From Salinimicrobium gaetbulicola (GTDB lineage Bacteria > Bacteroidota > Bacteroidia > Flavobacteriales > Flavobacteriaceae): a stretch of DNA of 64,000 bases. Positions 47,072 through 60,212 of the stretch are shown here, piece after piece (the first letter of the stretch is position 1; every line of letters starts with the position of its first letter). The stretch spans positions 873,709-937,708 of the forward strand of contig NZ_JBHTJP010000032.1 of NCBI RefSeq assembly GCF_042676025.1, given 5' to 3'. Below the pieces are notes generated by a model. It was not told where the DNA came from. It searched no databases and was given only the letters and a program-made list of their open reading frames with translations. The position numbers were made by a program, and so were the translations under genes.

Positions 47072-49072
47072 ATGCAGTATGTTATGAAAAAAATCTTTCC
47101 AATGCTTCTATTGTTTCTAACCAGCCCTCTCTTTGCACAGGAAAATGTGCTTACCCCAGAGGATGTGGCAAAACTGGAGGTCATTACTGATGCCTTGATC
47201 TCTCCGAACGGACAGAAAATTGCCTATCAAAAAATGGTTCCCGCCGATCCTACAAAGGAAAACGCACCGGGAAGTATGCATCTATATCTCTTTGACCTGG
47301 CTTCAAATTCATCTACTTCCCTGGTCACGGATTACAGCGTCTCCAACATCAAATTCAGGCCTAAACAAAACAATATAACCTTTGCTGCCAAACAGGAAAA
47401 AGATTCGGCAACCTCGATCTATCAAATACCTGTAGCAGGTGGAGAACCCCAGAAGATCTTTGAATATGAATCGTCTATTTCAGGGTTTGAATGGAATCCT
47501 GAGGGATCAAAAATTGCCTTTGTCGCTAAAGAATCTAAAAAGGAAAAGGAATCCGCCTTACCTTACCAACCGGAGATCTACGAGGGAGACCTGCAAAATT
47601 CCGCAGCCTATATTGCACAATTAAACGATCCTTCCCCTGTAAAAATTGAAGTTCAGGGGCATGTAACTGGACTAAAATGGAGTCCGAACGGTAAATATCT
47701 CGCGGTAAGCGCTGCCCCCTCCTCTCTTGTTGATGATTTTTATACCGGACAAAAGCTTTATATAATAGACGCCGAAACTTCCAAAGTATCTGCGCAGGTT
47801 GATCACAAGGCTAAAATGGGTGCCTTCCATTGGAGTCCAAACGGGAAAAAAATTGCCTTCATTGCCGGAGAAGATGAAAATGATCCAACTGACGGCCGAA
47901 TTTTTATCGCTGAAGCTACAGGAGGAAGTCCGCAGATCCTACAGCGCGATTTCAAAGGTAAGTTTGAAACAATAGCCTGGAAGGATGACAAAACGCTCAC
48001 CTACCTTGCAAGTGAAGGGGTATACAGCAATCTGGGTACTTTAGGAATGGATGGAAAAACCAAAAAAGTATTCGAAGATAAAAATTTACATATTACAGGT
48101 TTCTCGCTGGCTAAAGACAACAGCATTGCTTTTACGGGGAATACCCCTAAACATCCTAACGAATTATTTTTTCTTAAAGCAGGATCTGATTCTGCACAAA
48201 AATTGACTACTTCCAATCCATGGCTGGAAGAGGAAAATTTAGGAAAACAAGAGGTATTTACCTTTAATGCAGACGATGGTATGGAAATACAGGGGATTTT
48301 GATCCACCCGGTCAATAACGCAGAAAGAGCTCCCCTTATTACTGTTGTTCATGGTGGGCCTGAAGCTCACTACAGCAACGGCTGGCTGACAGCCTACAGC
48401 ATGCCAGGCCAAATGGGTGCAGGTGAAGGCTATTATGTCTTCTATCCCAATTACAGGGGAAGTACGGGCCGGGGAGTAGAATTCGCCAAATCCAGCCAGG
48501 GAGATCCGGGAGGAAAAGAATTTGATGATATCATCCACGGTATTGACCACCTTATTACCGATTACGGAATCGATAAAGATAAAGTAGGTGTAACCGGAGG
48601 TTCTTACGGAGGGTATGCCACAGCCTGGATGTCTACCCGCCATACTGAAAGATTTGCGGCAGGGGTCATGTTCGTAGGTATCAGCAATAATCTTTCAAAA
48701 TGGGGAACCAGCGATATACCTGAAGAAATGTTCCTGGTACACAGCCGAAAAAGAATATGGGACGATTACCAGTTCTTCCTTGAGAGAAGCCCGATCTTTT
48801 ATGCAGACCAGGCAAAAACTCCGTTACTTATAATGCACGGAAAAGAAGACACCCGTGTTGACCCGGGGCAATCCTATGAACTGTACCGACATATAAAAAC
48901 CCGAACTGATACTCCGGTTAGATTAGTACTATATCCCGGTGAAGGACATGGTAACCGCAATTCAACGGCGAGATATGACTATAGCCTTCGTATGATGCGC
49001 TGGTTCAACACCTATTTAAAGAGTGAAAATGCTGAAATGCCAGAGTCTGTTTTAGACCTATCAGGACAGTAA
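47072..49072 (+). CDS. S9-family serine peptidase (prolyl oligopeptidase / dipeptidyl aminopeptidase-like) with N-terminal beta-propeller
   Basis: Signal peptide. Repeated SPDG/SPNGK propeller blades. C-terminal alpha/beta hydrolase with GGSYGGY (nucleophile Ser) and downstream Asp/His blocks. Confidence 0.85.
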   Translation: MQYVMKKIFPMLLLFLTSPLFAQENVLTPEDVAKLEVITDALISPNGQKIAYQKMVPADPTKENAPGSMHLYLFDLASNSSTSLVTDYSVSNIKFRPKQNNITFAAKQEKDSATSIYQIPVAGGEPQKIFEYESSISGFEWNPEGSKIAFVAKESKKEKESALPYQPEIYEGDLQNSAAYIAQLNDPSPVKIEVQGHVTGLKWSPNGKYLAVSAAPSSLVDDFYTGQKLYIIDAETSKVSAQVDHKAKMGAFHWSPNGKKIAFIAGEDENDPTDGRIFIAEATGGSPQILQRDFKGKFETIAWKDDKTLTYLASEGVYSNLGTLGMDGKTKKVFEDKNLHITGFSLAKDNSIAFTGNTPKHPNELFFLKAGSDSAQKLTTSNPWLEEENLGKQEVFTFNADDGMEIQGILIHPVNNAERAPLITVVHGGPEAHYSNGWLTAYSMPGQMGAGEGYYVFYPNYRGSTGRGVEFAKSSQGDPGGKEFDDIIHGIDHLITDYGIDKDKVGVTGGSYGGYATAWMSTRHTERFAAGVMFVGISNNLSKWGTSDIPEEMFLVHSRKRIWDDYQFFLERSPIFYADQAKTPLLIMHGKEDTRVDPGQSYELYRHIKTRTDTPVRLVLYPGEGHGNRNSTARYDYSLRMMRWFNTYLKSENAEMPESVLDLSGQ

Positions 49073-49092
49073 TCATAGCTTCCTAAAAACCA

Positions 49093-49128
49093 AAAGCCCG
49101 TAACTTTAATCAGTTACGGGCTTTTTTT
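49093..49128. terminator. bidirectional rho-independent terminator between the S9 peptidase (+) and ccsBA (-)
   Basis: AAAGCCCGTAACTttaatcAGTTACGGGCTTTTTTT. Confidence 0.7.
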
Positions 49129-49139
49129 AGTTTTCATTT

Positions 49140-52100
49140 CTATACCGTCACCTTTGATCTTCGGTATTTCCTATCACGGAAAAATGCCAGAATGGCGATT
49201 GCCGTAAGAATTGCTATTAGCACATAGATGAATGATGGAATGGGCAGCGGGTCACCGGCTGCATAGCTATGTAGGCCTGATAAATAATAGTTCACTCCAA
49301 AAGAGGTCATTATAATAGATCCGAAAGCGAAGACACTTACCGCGTTCAATACAAACCTGCCTCGCAGAGCCGGAATAAACCGAAGGTGCAGCACCACTGT
49401 ATAGACAATAATACTTATGAGCGCCCAGGTTTCCTTGGGATCCCATGCCCAGTAACGCCCCCAGGATTCATTGGCCCAGATACCGCCAAGAAAAGTTCCT
49501 ACCGCCAGTACGAATAAACCAATGGTCATTGCGATCTCATTGATATAAGTGATCTCTTTAATCTTCACATTGATCTTTTTCTGAGAACCGGGTGTTCTGA
49601 AAATTATTAGAAGTAAGGCCATTAGTCCCAAAATAGCAGAAAGCGCCAGAGGAGCATAACTGCTTACGATAGTAGCGACATGCACTTTCAGCCAGAAAGA
49701 TGATTTTAGCACAGGCATCAAATTAGTGATCTCAGGGTTCAACCAGTCCAGGTAACTCACAAATAAAAGAGCCCCGGTAAATAAAGTAGCAAGAGGCAAT
49801 GCGAAATCAGATTTTCTAAAGGTGAGCAAACCACATAGCAAGAGCGTCCATGCCACAAAGACCAGCATTTCATAACCATTGCTCCATGGGGCGTGTTGAG
49901 CTACGTACCAGCGCAATATGATATTTCCGGTGAAAGCCAGGAAGCTTATCAAAGTGATAAGGATCAAAGCGTTCCACACGATCTCAATACCTTTATTATT
50001 CGTAAAGATCTTGACAATAGCAAGCAGTAACAAGATCGCCCCAATAGTAAAGTACAACTGGAACAACCAAAAATTAAGATTCAGTTCATTGTACCAGATC
50101 TCGGCCTCAACTCTCTTACTGTCAGGAATTATCTCCTCTCCCAGAACATCCTGAAATTTCTTGATATACGTTAATTTTTCGCTGGCTGCTGCCCAGTCTT
50201 TATTTTTGACATCATTAAAATACCCCGGAATTATCCCCTTTGCAAAACGGGCATCTTCTGCCGGAAAATCATTAAAATCATGAGTGGGGCTGTACCATTT
50301 GTTAGTACTGTCATTACTGTTAGGGAATATTTTCAAATAATGCCCCGCAAAAACATTGTAGAGAATATTGAAGCGTTCGTCGACCTTGATCACTTCCTTA
50401 TCTAATTCATTACGTTCTGCAGGCTTTTTCTGATTGGCATCTTCAATAGCTTTGACCAGCAAATAATTTCCTTTATCATCTAGAAGTTGCGCAAACGACA
50501 CCAGGTCATCCTCACTAAGTTCAAGGGCAGAAAAAGCGCCTTTGGCCTTATCCCGGTCTATTTTTATCAACGGAATATATTGCCACACATTGGGAGAAGC
50601 ATGCATCGCCAGAAAGGCCTGGTTGGCACTTAAGGTTGTTTTTTCGCCTTCCTTAGTGAATTTAAAATATGGCTTTCTGGTTAGCTTCCGAAGAAATTCT
50701 GAAGCCAGGGTGTTGACAGGTTTTATTCTTCCATCAAGATCCTGAACCATAAGCCTTCCGAACATCTCTGCATGCTGTTCGTTCACCGTTTGCTCTTCAA
50801 TAATATCTATCGTGATCTCAGGATCAGGTTCCTGTGCATTCATTCCGGCAGAAAAGCCAAAAAGCAGAAGTAACAAACTTATCGTTTTCATTTTCTTGAG
50901 TTTCTTATTGATCTGTGTGAACCTCGAAGCTCTTCCGAAGAGCGTAAAGAACATTCCTATCATCATTAGAAAATAACCCGCGTAGGTAACATAAGTTCCC
51001 GGAGCATCATGATTCACAGCCAGCACTGTTCCCATCTCATCGGTGTCATAACTGGCTTGAAAGAATCTGTACCCTTCATAATCCAGGACATTGTTCATAT
51101 AAATGCGATGGGGCATGGCCTTACCATTATCCATCACCTTAACTTCACTCGCATAAGAGGAAGGGCTTGTTGAACCGGGATAGCGCTCCAGCTGAAAATC
51201 ATCAAGATGAATGGCAAAAGGTGTGGTTAAAGCCTTTGAACCGTAGGACAAAATCACTTTTGTGCCTGCCAACTCAACCTCATGTTGGGATGGCAAAAAG
51301 CCTTGCCTGTACAATAAGGTCACCTTTTCTTCCTGATCACCAACTTTGACGTTCACCACAAGGGCATCATCCTTGATCTCATCATTATCTTTTGGTTTTT
51401 CAGATTCGCTCACCAATTTAATGGACGCATTAGGATGGTAAGATAACGGAACAAAGGACGCATCTCCATCTCTATACAAAGTTCGAAGGGACATGGGATG
51501 TAAACTGTCCTTTAACAGTGTTCCGGCTTTTTCTGAAGCCATCACAAAAGTTCCCAGATTCCGCGGAGACCTTATCTTAAAGCTGCCGTCCTCCTCTGTA
51601 ATATTGATCACCCCTTCCCCTTCAGCTTCAAAGCCTATTTTGTGATTATGAGTACCTATGTTCTCGATCTCTCCTTTCTCAAGAAAAACGGTCTGGCGTT
51701 GACTACCTGCCGAAACCACCATTTGAAGCATTGGCTTTCCTCCTTCGATGCCGTCAACAATTTCGGGAACCGCATCTGCCACAAACTCATTATAACTCAC
51801 GGTTACCGGCTGACCGTTGAATTCGGTGTCAATGGTAAAATCATTATCCCCGATAGGAGAAAAATTCATTCTCTTTTCAAGGGTCTTTGAACCATTCTTA
51901 TCACTCAATGTGAACTTTAAAAAATTGGCATCTGAAATTATCGTGTTAGAAGCTGCTCCTTCCCGTATGCGCATGATCCCACCATAAGAAGTGTACCGGG
52001 TAATTCCTGCGCCAATGAGGATCACGATAAAAGCCAGGTGAAATAAAAGGATCGCCCATTTCTCTTTTCTCCAGAGGTTGTATTTAAAAATATTGGCCGC

Positions 52101-52283
52101 AAAACTAATTCCCAGGCCTAGCATAATGAGTTCAAACCATAAGGAATCATAGATCAACTGCCAGGCAGTTGCTGTACCAAAATCATTTTCAACAAAGGTG
52201 GCGACCGCCATAGCTACCGCATACGCGAACAATAATAGTACTGCCAAAACAGGCGATGCGAAAACTTTATATAACTTTTTCAT
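49140..52283 (-). CDS. ccsBA: fused cytochrome c biogenesis protein CcsB(ResB)-CcsA (system II, CcsBA)
   Basis: 1047 aa. The N-terminal ResB-like half has TM helices and a large periplasmic domain. The C-terminal half contains the CcsA WWD heme-handling motif (WGRYWAWDPKETWAL) and conserved His residues. Confidence 0.85.
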   Translation of the reverse strand: MKKLYKVFASPVLAVLLLFAYAVAMAVATFVENDFGTATAWQLIYDSLWFELIMLGLGISFAANIFKYNLWRKEKWAILLFHLAFIVILIGAGITRYTSYGGIMRIREGAASNTIISDANFLKFTLSDKNGSKTLEKRMNFSPIGDNDFTIDTEFNGQPVTVSYNEFVADAVPEIVDGIEGGKPMLQMVVSAGSQRQTVFLEKGEIENIGTHNHKIGFEAEGEGVINITEEDGSFKIRSPRNLGTFVMASEKAGTLLKDSLHPMSLRTLYRDGDASFVPLSYHPNASIKLVSESEKPKDNDEIKDDALVVNVKVGDQEEKVTLLYRQGFLPSQHEVELAGTKVILSYGSKALTTPFAIHLDDFQLERYPGSTSPSSYASEVKVMDNGKAMPHRIYMNNVLDYEGYRFFQASYDTDEMGTVLAVNHDAPGTYVTYAGYFLMMIGMFFTLFGRASRFTQINKKLKKMKTISLLLLLFGFSAGMNAQEPDPEITIDIIEEQTVNEQHAEMFGRLMVQDLDGRIKPVNTLASEFLRKLTRKPYFKFTKEGEKTTLSANQAFLAMHASPNVWQYIPLIKIDRDKAKGAFSALELSEDDLVSFAQLLDDKGNYLLVKAIEDANQKKPAERNELDKEVIKVDERFNILYNVFAGHYLKIFPNSNDSTNKWYSPTHDFNDFPAEDARFAKGIIPGYFNDVKNKDWAAASEKLTYIKKFQDVLGEEIIPDSKRVEAEIWYNELNLNFWLFQLYFTIGAILLLLAIVKIFTNNKGIEIVWNALILITLISFLAFTGNIILRWYVAQHAPWSNGYEMLVFVAWTLLLCGLLTFRKSDFALPLATLFTGALLFVSYLDWLNPEITNLMPVLKSSFWLKVHVATIVSSYAPLALSAILGLMALLLIIFRTPGSQKKINVKIKEITYINEIAMTIGLFVLAVGTFLGGIWANESWGRYWAWDPKETWALISIIVYTVVLHLRFIPALRGRFVLNAVSVFAFGSIIMTSFGVNYYLSGLHSYAAGDPLPIPSFIYVLIAILTAIAILAFFRDRKYRRSKVTV

Positions 52284-52360
52284 TGCAATTTATTTTCTCC
52301 ATAAAATATAGAGACACCTAATTTTCACAAAAGGTGCCTCTATATAATATCAATATTTGA

Positions 52361-53863
52361 TTATTCTTCTACCGAAGAAACCGCTTTTTTAGTATCCATT
52401 TTTGCTTCACGTTCCTTGGCTCTTTCCATCCATTTTGGAAGCAGGTTTTCTTTAAAACTTTCTTTCTCAGCCTCTAATTTTTCCATATCAAGGCCAATGA
52501 ATTTCTGAGCTTTTTCTTTAGTATCAATGTCTGGCATTTCAATAGGTTTGTTATGACCAAGATCAGCCAACAAACGGCTTAACTTCAATCTTGCATCCTG
52601 TGCTTTCACAAGACCTCCGCCTATCACTCTGGCGATCTCCACAGGCGAGTGGAAAGACGCCCCATGAGCCGCAGCAGAGAAATCCCAACGCCATTGTGCA
52701 TGACGAATATCTTGCAGGATATCTTTCATCTGCTCTTCGGTTGCACCTAGATCCCAGCATTTTTTTGCTTCCAGGTGAGCTCGCACTAACAGATCCTCCA
52801 GTTTCAATCTATTTTCAGTCGCTTTCTTCTGTCTTTCATAAACATTTGCGATCAACTTGGTAGATTCTTCCCTGTGGCATACCTGGCAGGCATTTGAGGT
52901 ATTGTTCAAAGGAGATTGGATATGGTGGTCTGTGAACTTTTGACCGCCTTCACTTTTATAAGGCATATGACAATCCGCGCAGGAAACTCCCCTGTCTGCA
53001 TGAACCCCTGTCACGAAAGTTTCATACCCCGGATGCTGTGCTTTTAGCATTGGCGCTTTACTTAACTTATGTGTCCAGTCTGAAAACTGAATATTATCAT
53101 AATATCTCTCCATGTCTTCTACAGTGGTACCTTCTTCCCATGGAAATACCAGATAAGGCACACCTTCTTTACCCGGAAGGTTCTTATTAAAGTAATATTC
53201 CACGTGACATTGCGCACACACCAGCGAGCGCATTTCATTATGGGTAGCGTTATTTATATCTTTTCCCATAGCATCAAAGGCCTCTACTAGAGCAGGTCTG
53301 GTGATTCGAAGTTTCATACTTTTTGGGTCGTGACAATCTGCACAACCAATAGGATTCACCACCTCATGACCTTTATCTGCCCATTTTCCGCTGTAGAACT
53401 CGGCAACTCCAATTTCATTCATTAATCTTGGAACATCGGGACTTTTACAAGTCCAGCAGGTAGAAGGCATAGGCCCATCTCCTTCTCCTTTAGGGCCACC
53501 GGTTCTTAAAGTATTATGAATGTCCTCGATCGCGTAGGCATGTCCGCGACCCTGGTTATAATCTTTTGAAAAACCGTAACCTGCGAACAAAATAACAAGA
53601 TTAGGGTCTTCTTCAAGAACGTCGATCATAGACGATCCTCCCTGGAAAGAGGAAAAGGAAGTATCCCTGGTTTGCATGAAAGACTGATATTCTTTAGGAT
53701 AATTCTCGCCCCATACTTCATTTCTTGGTTCATTCTCTGCAATCTCAACTTTAGGGGTGAACTGATATTTTGCTTCAGACTTCCGGTTAATGATGCTGGA
53801 AGCCAATAGTCCTAAAAGGAATACGACTATAATGGTTACAATAAATAATACTTTATTTTTCAT
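52361..53863 (-). CDS. nrfA: cytochrome c552 nitrite reductase, ammonia-forming, catalytic subunit NrfA
   Basis: CWTCK, the CxxCK active-site heme motif specific to NrfA, plus four CxxCH motifs (CADCHD, CAQCHV, CADCHM, CQVCH). ~500 aa. Confidence 0.9.
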   Translation of the reverse strand: MKNKVLFIVTIIVVFLLGLLASSIINRKSEAKYQFTPKVEIAENEPRNEVWGENYPKEYQSFMQTRDTSFSSFQGGSSMIDVLEEDPNLVILFAGYGFSKDYNQGRGHAYAIEDIHNTLRTGGPKGEGDGPMPSTCWTCKSPDVPRLMNEIGVAEFYSGKWADKGHEVVNPIGCADCHDPKSMKLRITRPALVEAFDAMGKDINNATHNEMRSLVCAQCHVEYYFNKNLPGKEGVPYLVFPWEEGTTVEDMERYYDNIQFSDWTHKLSKAPMLKAQHPGYETFVTGVHADRGVSCADCHMPYKSEGGQKFTDHHIQSPLNNTSNACQVCHREESTKLIANVYERQKKATENRLKLEDLLVRAHLEAKKCWDLGATEEQMKDILQDIRHAQWRWDFSAAAHGASFHSPVEIARVIGGGLVKAQDARLKLSRLLADLGHNKPIEMPDIDTKEKAQKFIGLDMEKLEAEKESFKENLLPKWMERAKEREAKMDTKKAVSSVEE

Positions 53864-54467
53864 TCTTCGGGTTTTTATCTGTTTGTTCTGCCAACCAATC
53901 GGGAATAACCATTTCTTCCTGGTCGGTAGGAATAGGTGCCAAATTATATTTAATAGTAGTTAATCCGTGTACATCTCCATGAGGAACTTGTTGATGACAG
54001 CTCCAGCATTGTCTTCCAGTCCGTTTTTCGCGGTGATCATCCACCCAGCCGTCATATTTTACCTGAGTCACCTGCTGTACATGACAACGAATACAGTTTT
54101 GCTGAACCACTTCTTGAGAAGCCTCTTTCATCTTGATCACATCAGGTTCTGCTCTTGCCGTAAATACTGAAGCATGGTATAGACCATCTTTAGCTTTGAA
54201 ATAATATTTATTCACCACATTATCATGTGGCACATGACAATCATTACAATTAGCCCATTCCCTATGTGAACTGTTCATCCAGCTGTTGTACACCGGGGTC
54301 ATAACATGACAATTGACACATGCCTGCGGATCATCTGAAAGATATGAGGTTACCCTGGCCTCCTTCATCATGAACAATCCTAACCCAATGATAATTGCGA
54401 TAAAAAATAATGCGACCTGACGCCAATTAGAGCCTTTTTGAGGTAATAGATTAAATGGTGATTTCAT
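53853..54467 (-). CDS. nrfH: NrfH, NapC/NirT-family tetraheme membrane quinol dehydrogenase
   Basis: N-terminal TM helix and four CxxCH motifs (CVNCH, CNDCH, CIRCH, CWSCH). 204 aa. It overlaps the nrfA start. Confidence 0.85.
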   Translation of the reverse strand: MKSPFNLLPQKGSNWRQVALFFIAIIIGLGLFMMKEARVTSYLSDDPQACVNCHVMTPVYNSWMNSSHREWANCNDCHVPHDNVVNKYYFKAKDGLYHASVFTARAEPDVIKMKEASQEVVQQNCIRCHVQQVTQVKYDGWVDDHREKRTGRQCWSCHQQVPHGDVHGLTTIKYNLAPIPTDQEEMVIPDWLAEQTDKNPKNEK

Positions 54468-54725
54468 ATTGGAAGGTCTGCTGGTTAGTTTACTCTAATG
54501 TCAATGTTATAGAATATGGGATTTTTATCAAATAGATTCTTCCAATTTTAAAAAGGGAACCTATTTGATTGGCTCTTAATCCGGCTATATCATTTTCATT
54601 ACAAAAATATTCCGACCATTTTACCCGATTTATGACAATGATCAGTATTTGAAAAATAAAATTAAGAAAATTTTAATACTTCGGAAATTTAATAACTCAG
54701 TTATTCTTCTTTTTGGAAAGGACAA

Positions 54726-54757
54726 AAAAAAAGACCGGCTCTACCGGTCTTTTAACT
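54726..54757 (-). terminator. rho-independent terminator downstream of katG
   Basis: AGACCGGctctACCGGTCT hairpin with T9 on the minus strand (A-run on the plus strand). Confidence 0.7.
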
Positions 54758-54771
54758 AAATTATCGCTTAG

Positions 54772-57093
<2,322 letters not shown>

Positions 57094-57207
57094 TTATCGC
57101 AAAAATCAATGATAACCATGTATAAAATTTATATCACCTTCTAAAAAGCAAAATCCCGTCAAAACTTTTGACGGGACCTATCATTTTTTCCGAAGAAACC
57201 GGAACTA

Positions 57208-57627
57208 CTATTTTCTCTTTTGAATGGCTTCCGCTTCTTTTTGAGAAATTCGTTTTCCATTGTAGAAATATACCACGAAGGCATCGTCAAATCCATTCCT
57301 ACGAAGCTCTCGCTTTAATCGTGAAGCTTCATGACGTAGACGAGTCCTACCCCAAATATATTTGGTCAATCCGTTATGTTCATAGGAATAAACGTTTCCT
57401 AAATTCTTTAAACGTGCATCAGTTGATGAAAGTGGTTCTTTCGAAGTCAAAAATTGAACTTTGTAAACCAGACCGGACTGCCAGTCTAATAAATTAGCTG
57501 AAGTCATGTTAGAAACTTCTGAAATGGCTTTAATGGCCGATTCATCTGAAGTTTGTTTTGATTGAGCACCCGCATATGAAGTTATAAAGCCCAATAATAC
57601 GGTTAAGATCAGAGTAATTTTTCTCAA
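57208..57627 (-). CDS. secreted SPOR-domain-like protein (peptidoglycan-binding)
   Basis: Signal peptide. The C-terminal ~75 aa has a SPOR-like pattern (YKVQF…L……G…G……R…LRRNGFDDAFVV). Confidence 0.5.
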   Translation of the reverse strand: MRKITLILTVLLGFITSYAGAQSKQTSDESAIKAISEVSNMTSANLLDWQSGLVYKVQFLTSKEPLSSTDARLKNLGNVYSYEHNGLTKYIWGRTRLRHEASRLKRELRRNGFDDAFVVYFYNGKRISQKEAEAIQKRK

Positions 57628-57908
57628 GGCTGTTAGTTTTATGGTGTTAAAAAAAGGTTAATTAAGGCGAAAGTATAAAATTCAGAACGAAAAACTACAT
57701 CCACTCGCCAAAGTGCGCGATTTACAGGTTATGTGACACAATCAACACTAATAAAGCGTGGAATAAAATACTTGAGAAGACATTAGGATCATCACAAATA
57801 AATTTTTGTCAGGCCTAACTAAACGAAAAAAAGAGGTAAATTTTTGCAGGCGGAATCCTGGGTTGGTGATATAAAATTCAGAAAGAATTGGAGAATATTA
57901 TTTAAGCC

Positions 57909-58133
57909 TTAGGACCCTGAAGACAGTCTTTGCATTCTTCGCTGGTAAACCTCAGCTAGGATAGCATTGGTTTCCTTGTATTTAGGAGTTAACTTTTCGA
58001 CACTGCCATTGGCAGTATCGGTCAATTCTTCACCACAACACTTACATCTATACTCATGAACGTGGGCGGTAATATTATTTGAGACCACATACTGATGTCC
58101 TAAAACTGCACAGATTAATTTTTTGAGGATCAT
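57909..58133 (-). CDS. small Cys-containing hypothetical protein
   Basis: 74-aa ORF with an RCKCCGEEL cluster and a hydrophobic N-terminus. No recognisable family, so it may not be expressed. Confidence 0.3.
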   Translation of the reverse strand: MILKKLICAVLGHQYVVSNNITAHVHEYRCKCCGEELTDTANGSVEKLTPKYKETNAILAEVYQRRMQRLSSGS

Positions 58134-58431
58134 ATTGAAATGATTTTTTTCTTAAACATTCTTAAGCCAACTCCCTGACCGTTAACGCTAATTTAACAAT
58201 AAAAATATGGAAATCTGCTTAAAAATATTATTTATTCGATGAAATACACAATTTAGTTTGTTTTCCTACTTAATTTTTGTAGGACACATGTTAAATATTT
58301 CCCTACAAAATAAGAGTCTGTTTAGAAATTTCCAAAAATAATTCTAGCTCCGGTTCCTTAAATTATTTATAAATCATTTGTAGTCATCGGCTTTTCCAGT
58401 ATTTTAAGAGATCAACCAACTAAACAACCAG

Positions 58432-59220
58432 ATGGACAAAAAAATCAAAAACACGGCGAGGACAGGATTTGTTGCAAAAGGAGTAGTATATGGTATCACC
58501 GGCGTACTAACTTTTATGGCAGCATTTAATATGGGCGGCCAAAAAACAGGACGCTTACAGGTCCTTGAATTTCTGGACAAACAGACCTTCGGAAATATTC
58601 TTCTAATCTTAATGGGAATAGGTCTTATCGCATATGCCATATGGAGGTTTATTCAGAGTATAAAGGATCCTGAAAATATAGGTACTGATACCAAAGGAAA
58701 GGCTAAGCGAGTCGCTTTTTTCATAAGTGGGATCATTTATCTCGGCCTGGCAGTGATGGCAATTTTAAGAGTCGTAGGCTCAGGAGGCGGTAGCGGTTCA
58801 GGATCACAGGCACAGAAATCATCTTTTCTGGCCAGCGAAACGGGTTTGATTTTGATAGGGATAGCCGGTGCAGGAATTGTGATCGCCGGGATCTACCAGT
58901 TCATTAAGGCTTATAGAAATGATTACACCAAAAAATTCGACCTATCCTCGCTAAGTGAAGAGAAAAAAAGAAGGAGCATTAAAAAAACAGCTGAATTCGG
59001 ATTAAGTTCAAGAGGGGTCATTTTCCTGATCATAGGTTATTTTGCCCTAAAAGCCTCGTTTACATCAGACCCATCAAAAATTAAAACTACTACAGAAGCA
59101 TTTTCATTTATACAGGATTCATCTTATGGCGCATGGCTCATGGGATTGGTAGCAGCAGGTCTGGTTGCTTACGCGATCTATATGTTCCTCATGGCAAAAT
59201 ACAGGAGATTCCAGGGGTAA
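58432..59220 (+). CDS. DUF1206-domain membrane protein
   Basis: Three repeated units of about 70 aa, each with a G-x-V/I-Y-x-x-I/L-G two-helix hairpin (GVVYGITGVL, GIIYLGLAVM, GVIFLIIGYF), the DUF1206 repeat. Confidence 0.65.
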   Translation: MDKKIKNTARTGFVAKGVVYGITGVLTFMAAFNMGGQKTGRLQVLEFLDKQTFGNILLILMGIGLIAYAIWRFIQSIKDPENIGTDTKGKAKRVAFFISGIIYLGLAVMAILRVVGSGGGSGSGSQAQKSSFLASETGLILIGIAGAGIVIAGIYQFIKAYRNDYTKKFDLSSLSEEKKRRSIKKTAEFGLSSRGVIFLIIGYFALKASFTSDPSKIKTTTEAFSFIQDSSYGAWLMGLVAAGLVAYAIYMFLMAKYRRFQG

Positions 59221-59403
59221 ATTAGAAGAACATTTTTGGGGGTTTTACCCCATAGCGTACGCATTACTTTCTAACTACATTTGAATATACCAATTAAGAT
59301 TTAACACGTGTACGATTTTAAAAGGTAGTTTGTAAATTTTTAGTATTACAAAGAAGGAAGAGAGATTGGGGGATCTCTCTTCCTTTTATTTTATACCTTT
59401 TAA

Positions 59404-60093
59404 TCAATAATCGGTTTCCAGAATAAAATCCACGGCTTTTTTAGCATGCAGATGGGTGGTGGCAATTAGAGGGATATCAAAATCCTTCTCATCTACCAGT
59501 AAAGGCAATTCTGTGCAACCAAGGATAATTCCCTCAGCTCCTTTTTCCTTTAACAATTGCATCTGGTCAATAAAGAAAGAACGGGCTGTTTGGGTGAATT
59601 TACCCTGGGTAAGTTCCGCAGAAACAAATTGGTGAGCTGTATCCAGATATTCCTCCTCAGGAATGATGGTGTCAATGTCATAATTAGCTTTTAACCTCTT
59701 CTGAATAAAGCCTCCCGTCATGGTGGGCTTATTCCCTAAAAGACCCAGGGTTTTCAATTCCCGTTTCGTTGCCTCTTCCCCAACCGAATCAGCAATATGA
59801 AGAATAGGAATAGAGATCTTTGGCTGAACATATTCATACACCATATGAGGCGTATTGGCACATATCACTAATGCTTTCGCTCCGGCTATTTCGAGTTTTC
59901 TGGCAATATGCAAGTATGCCAAATTGATCTTTTCCCAGTTCTGCTCCCTCATTAATTCAATATTAAGACTATAAATAATGAGAGGAGGATTGGCCTGTGG
60001 GCCTATTTTCTTCCCTGCCAATTCATTAATAAGACGATAATACACAATTGTGGAGTGCCAGGAAGTTCCTCCTATAAGACCTATGGTACGCAT
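59404..60093 (-). CDS. aspartate/glutamate/hydantoin racemase-family protein (aspartate racemase-like)
   Basis: IGLIGGTSW N-terminal motif and a second Cys/Thr catalytic block (LGCTE). ~230 aa. Confidence 0.8.
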   Translation of the reverse strand: MRTIGLIGGTSWHSTIVYYRLINELAGKKIGPQANPPLIIYSLNIELMREQNWEKINLAYLHIARKLEIAGAKALVICANTPHMVYEYVQPKISIPILHIADSVGEEATKRELKTLGLLGNKPTMTGGFIQKRLKANYDIDTIIPEEEYLDTAHQFVSAELTQGKFTQTARSFFIDQMQLLKEKGAEGIILGCTELPLLVDEKDFDIPLIATTHLHAKKAVDFILETDY

Positions 60094-60212
60094 AACTTCG
60101 AAACTTTGTTTAAAGATATGTAAACCATCAGGTTGCTTTTGTGACCAAGGTCACATATAATAAAAAAAGCACCCATACGGGTGCTTTTAATTATTTCAAG
60201 TAAGATCTTTTC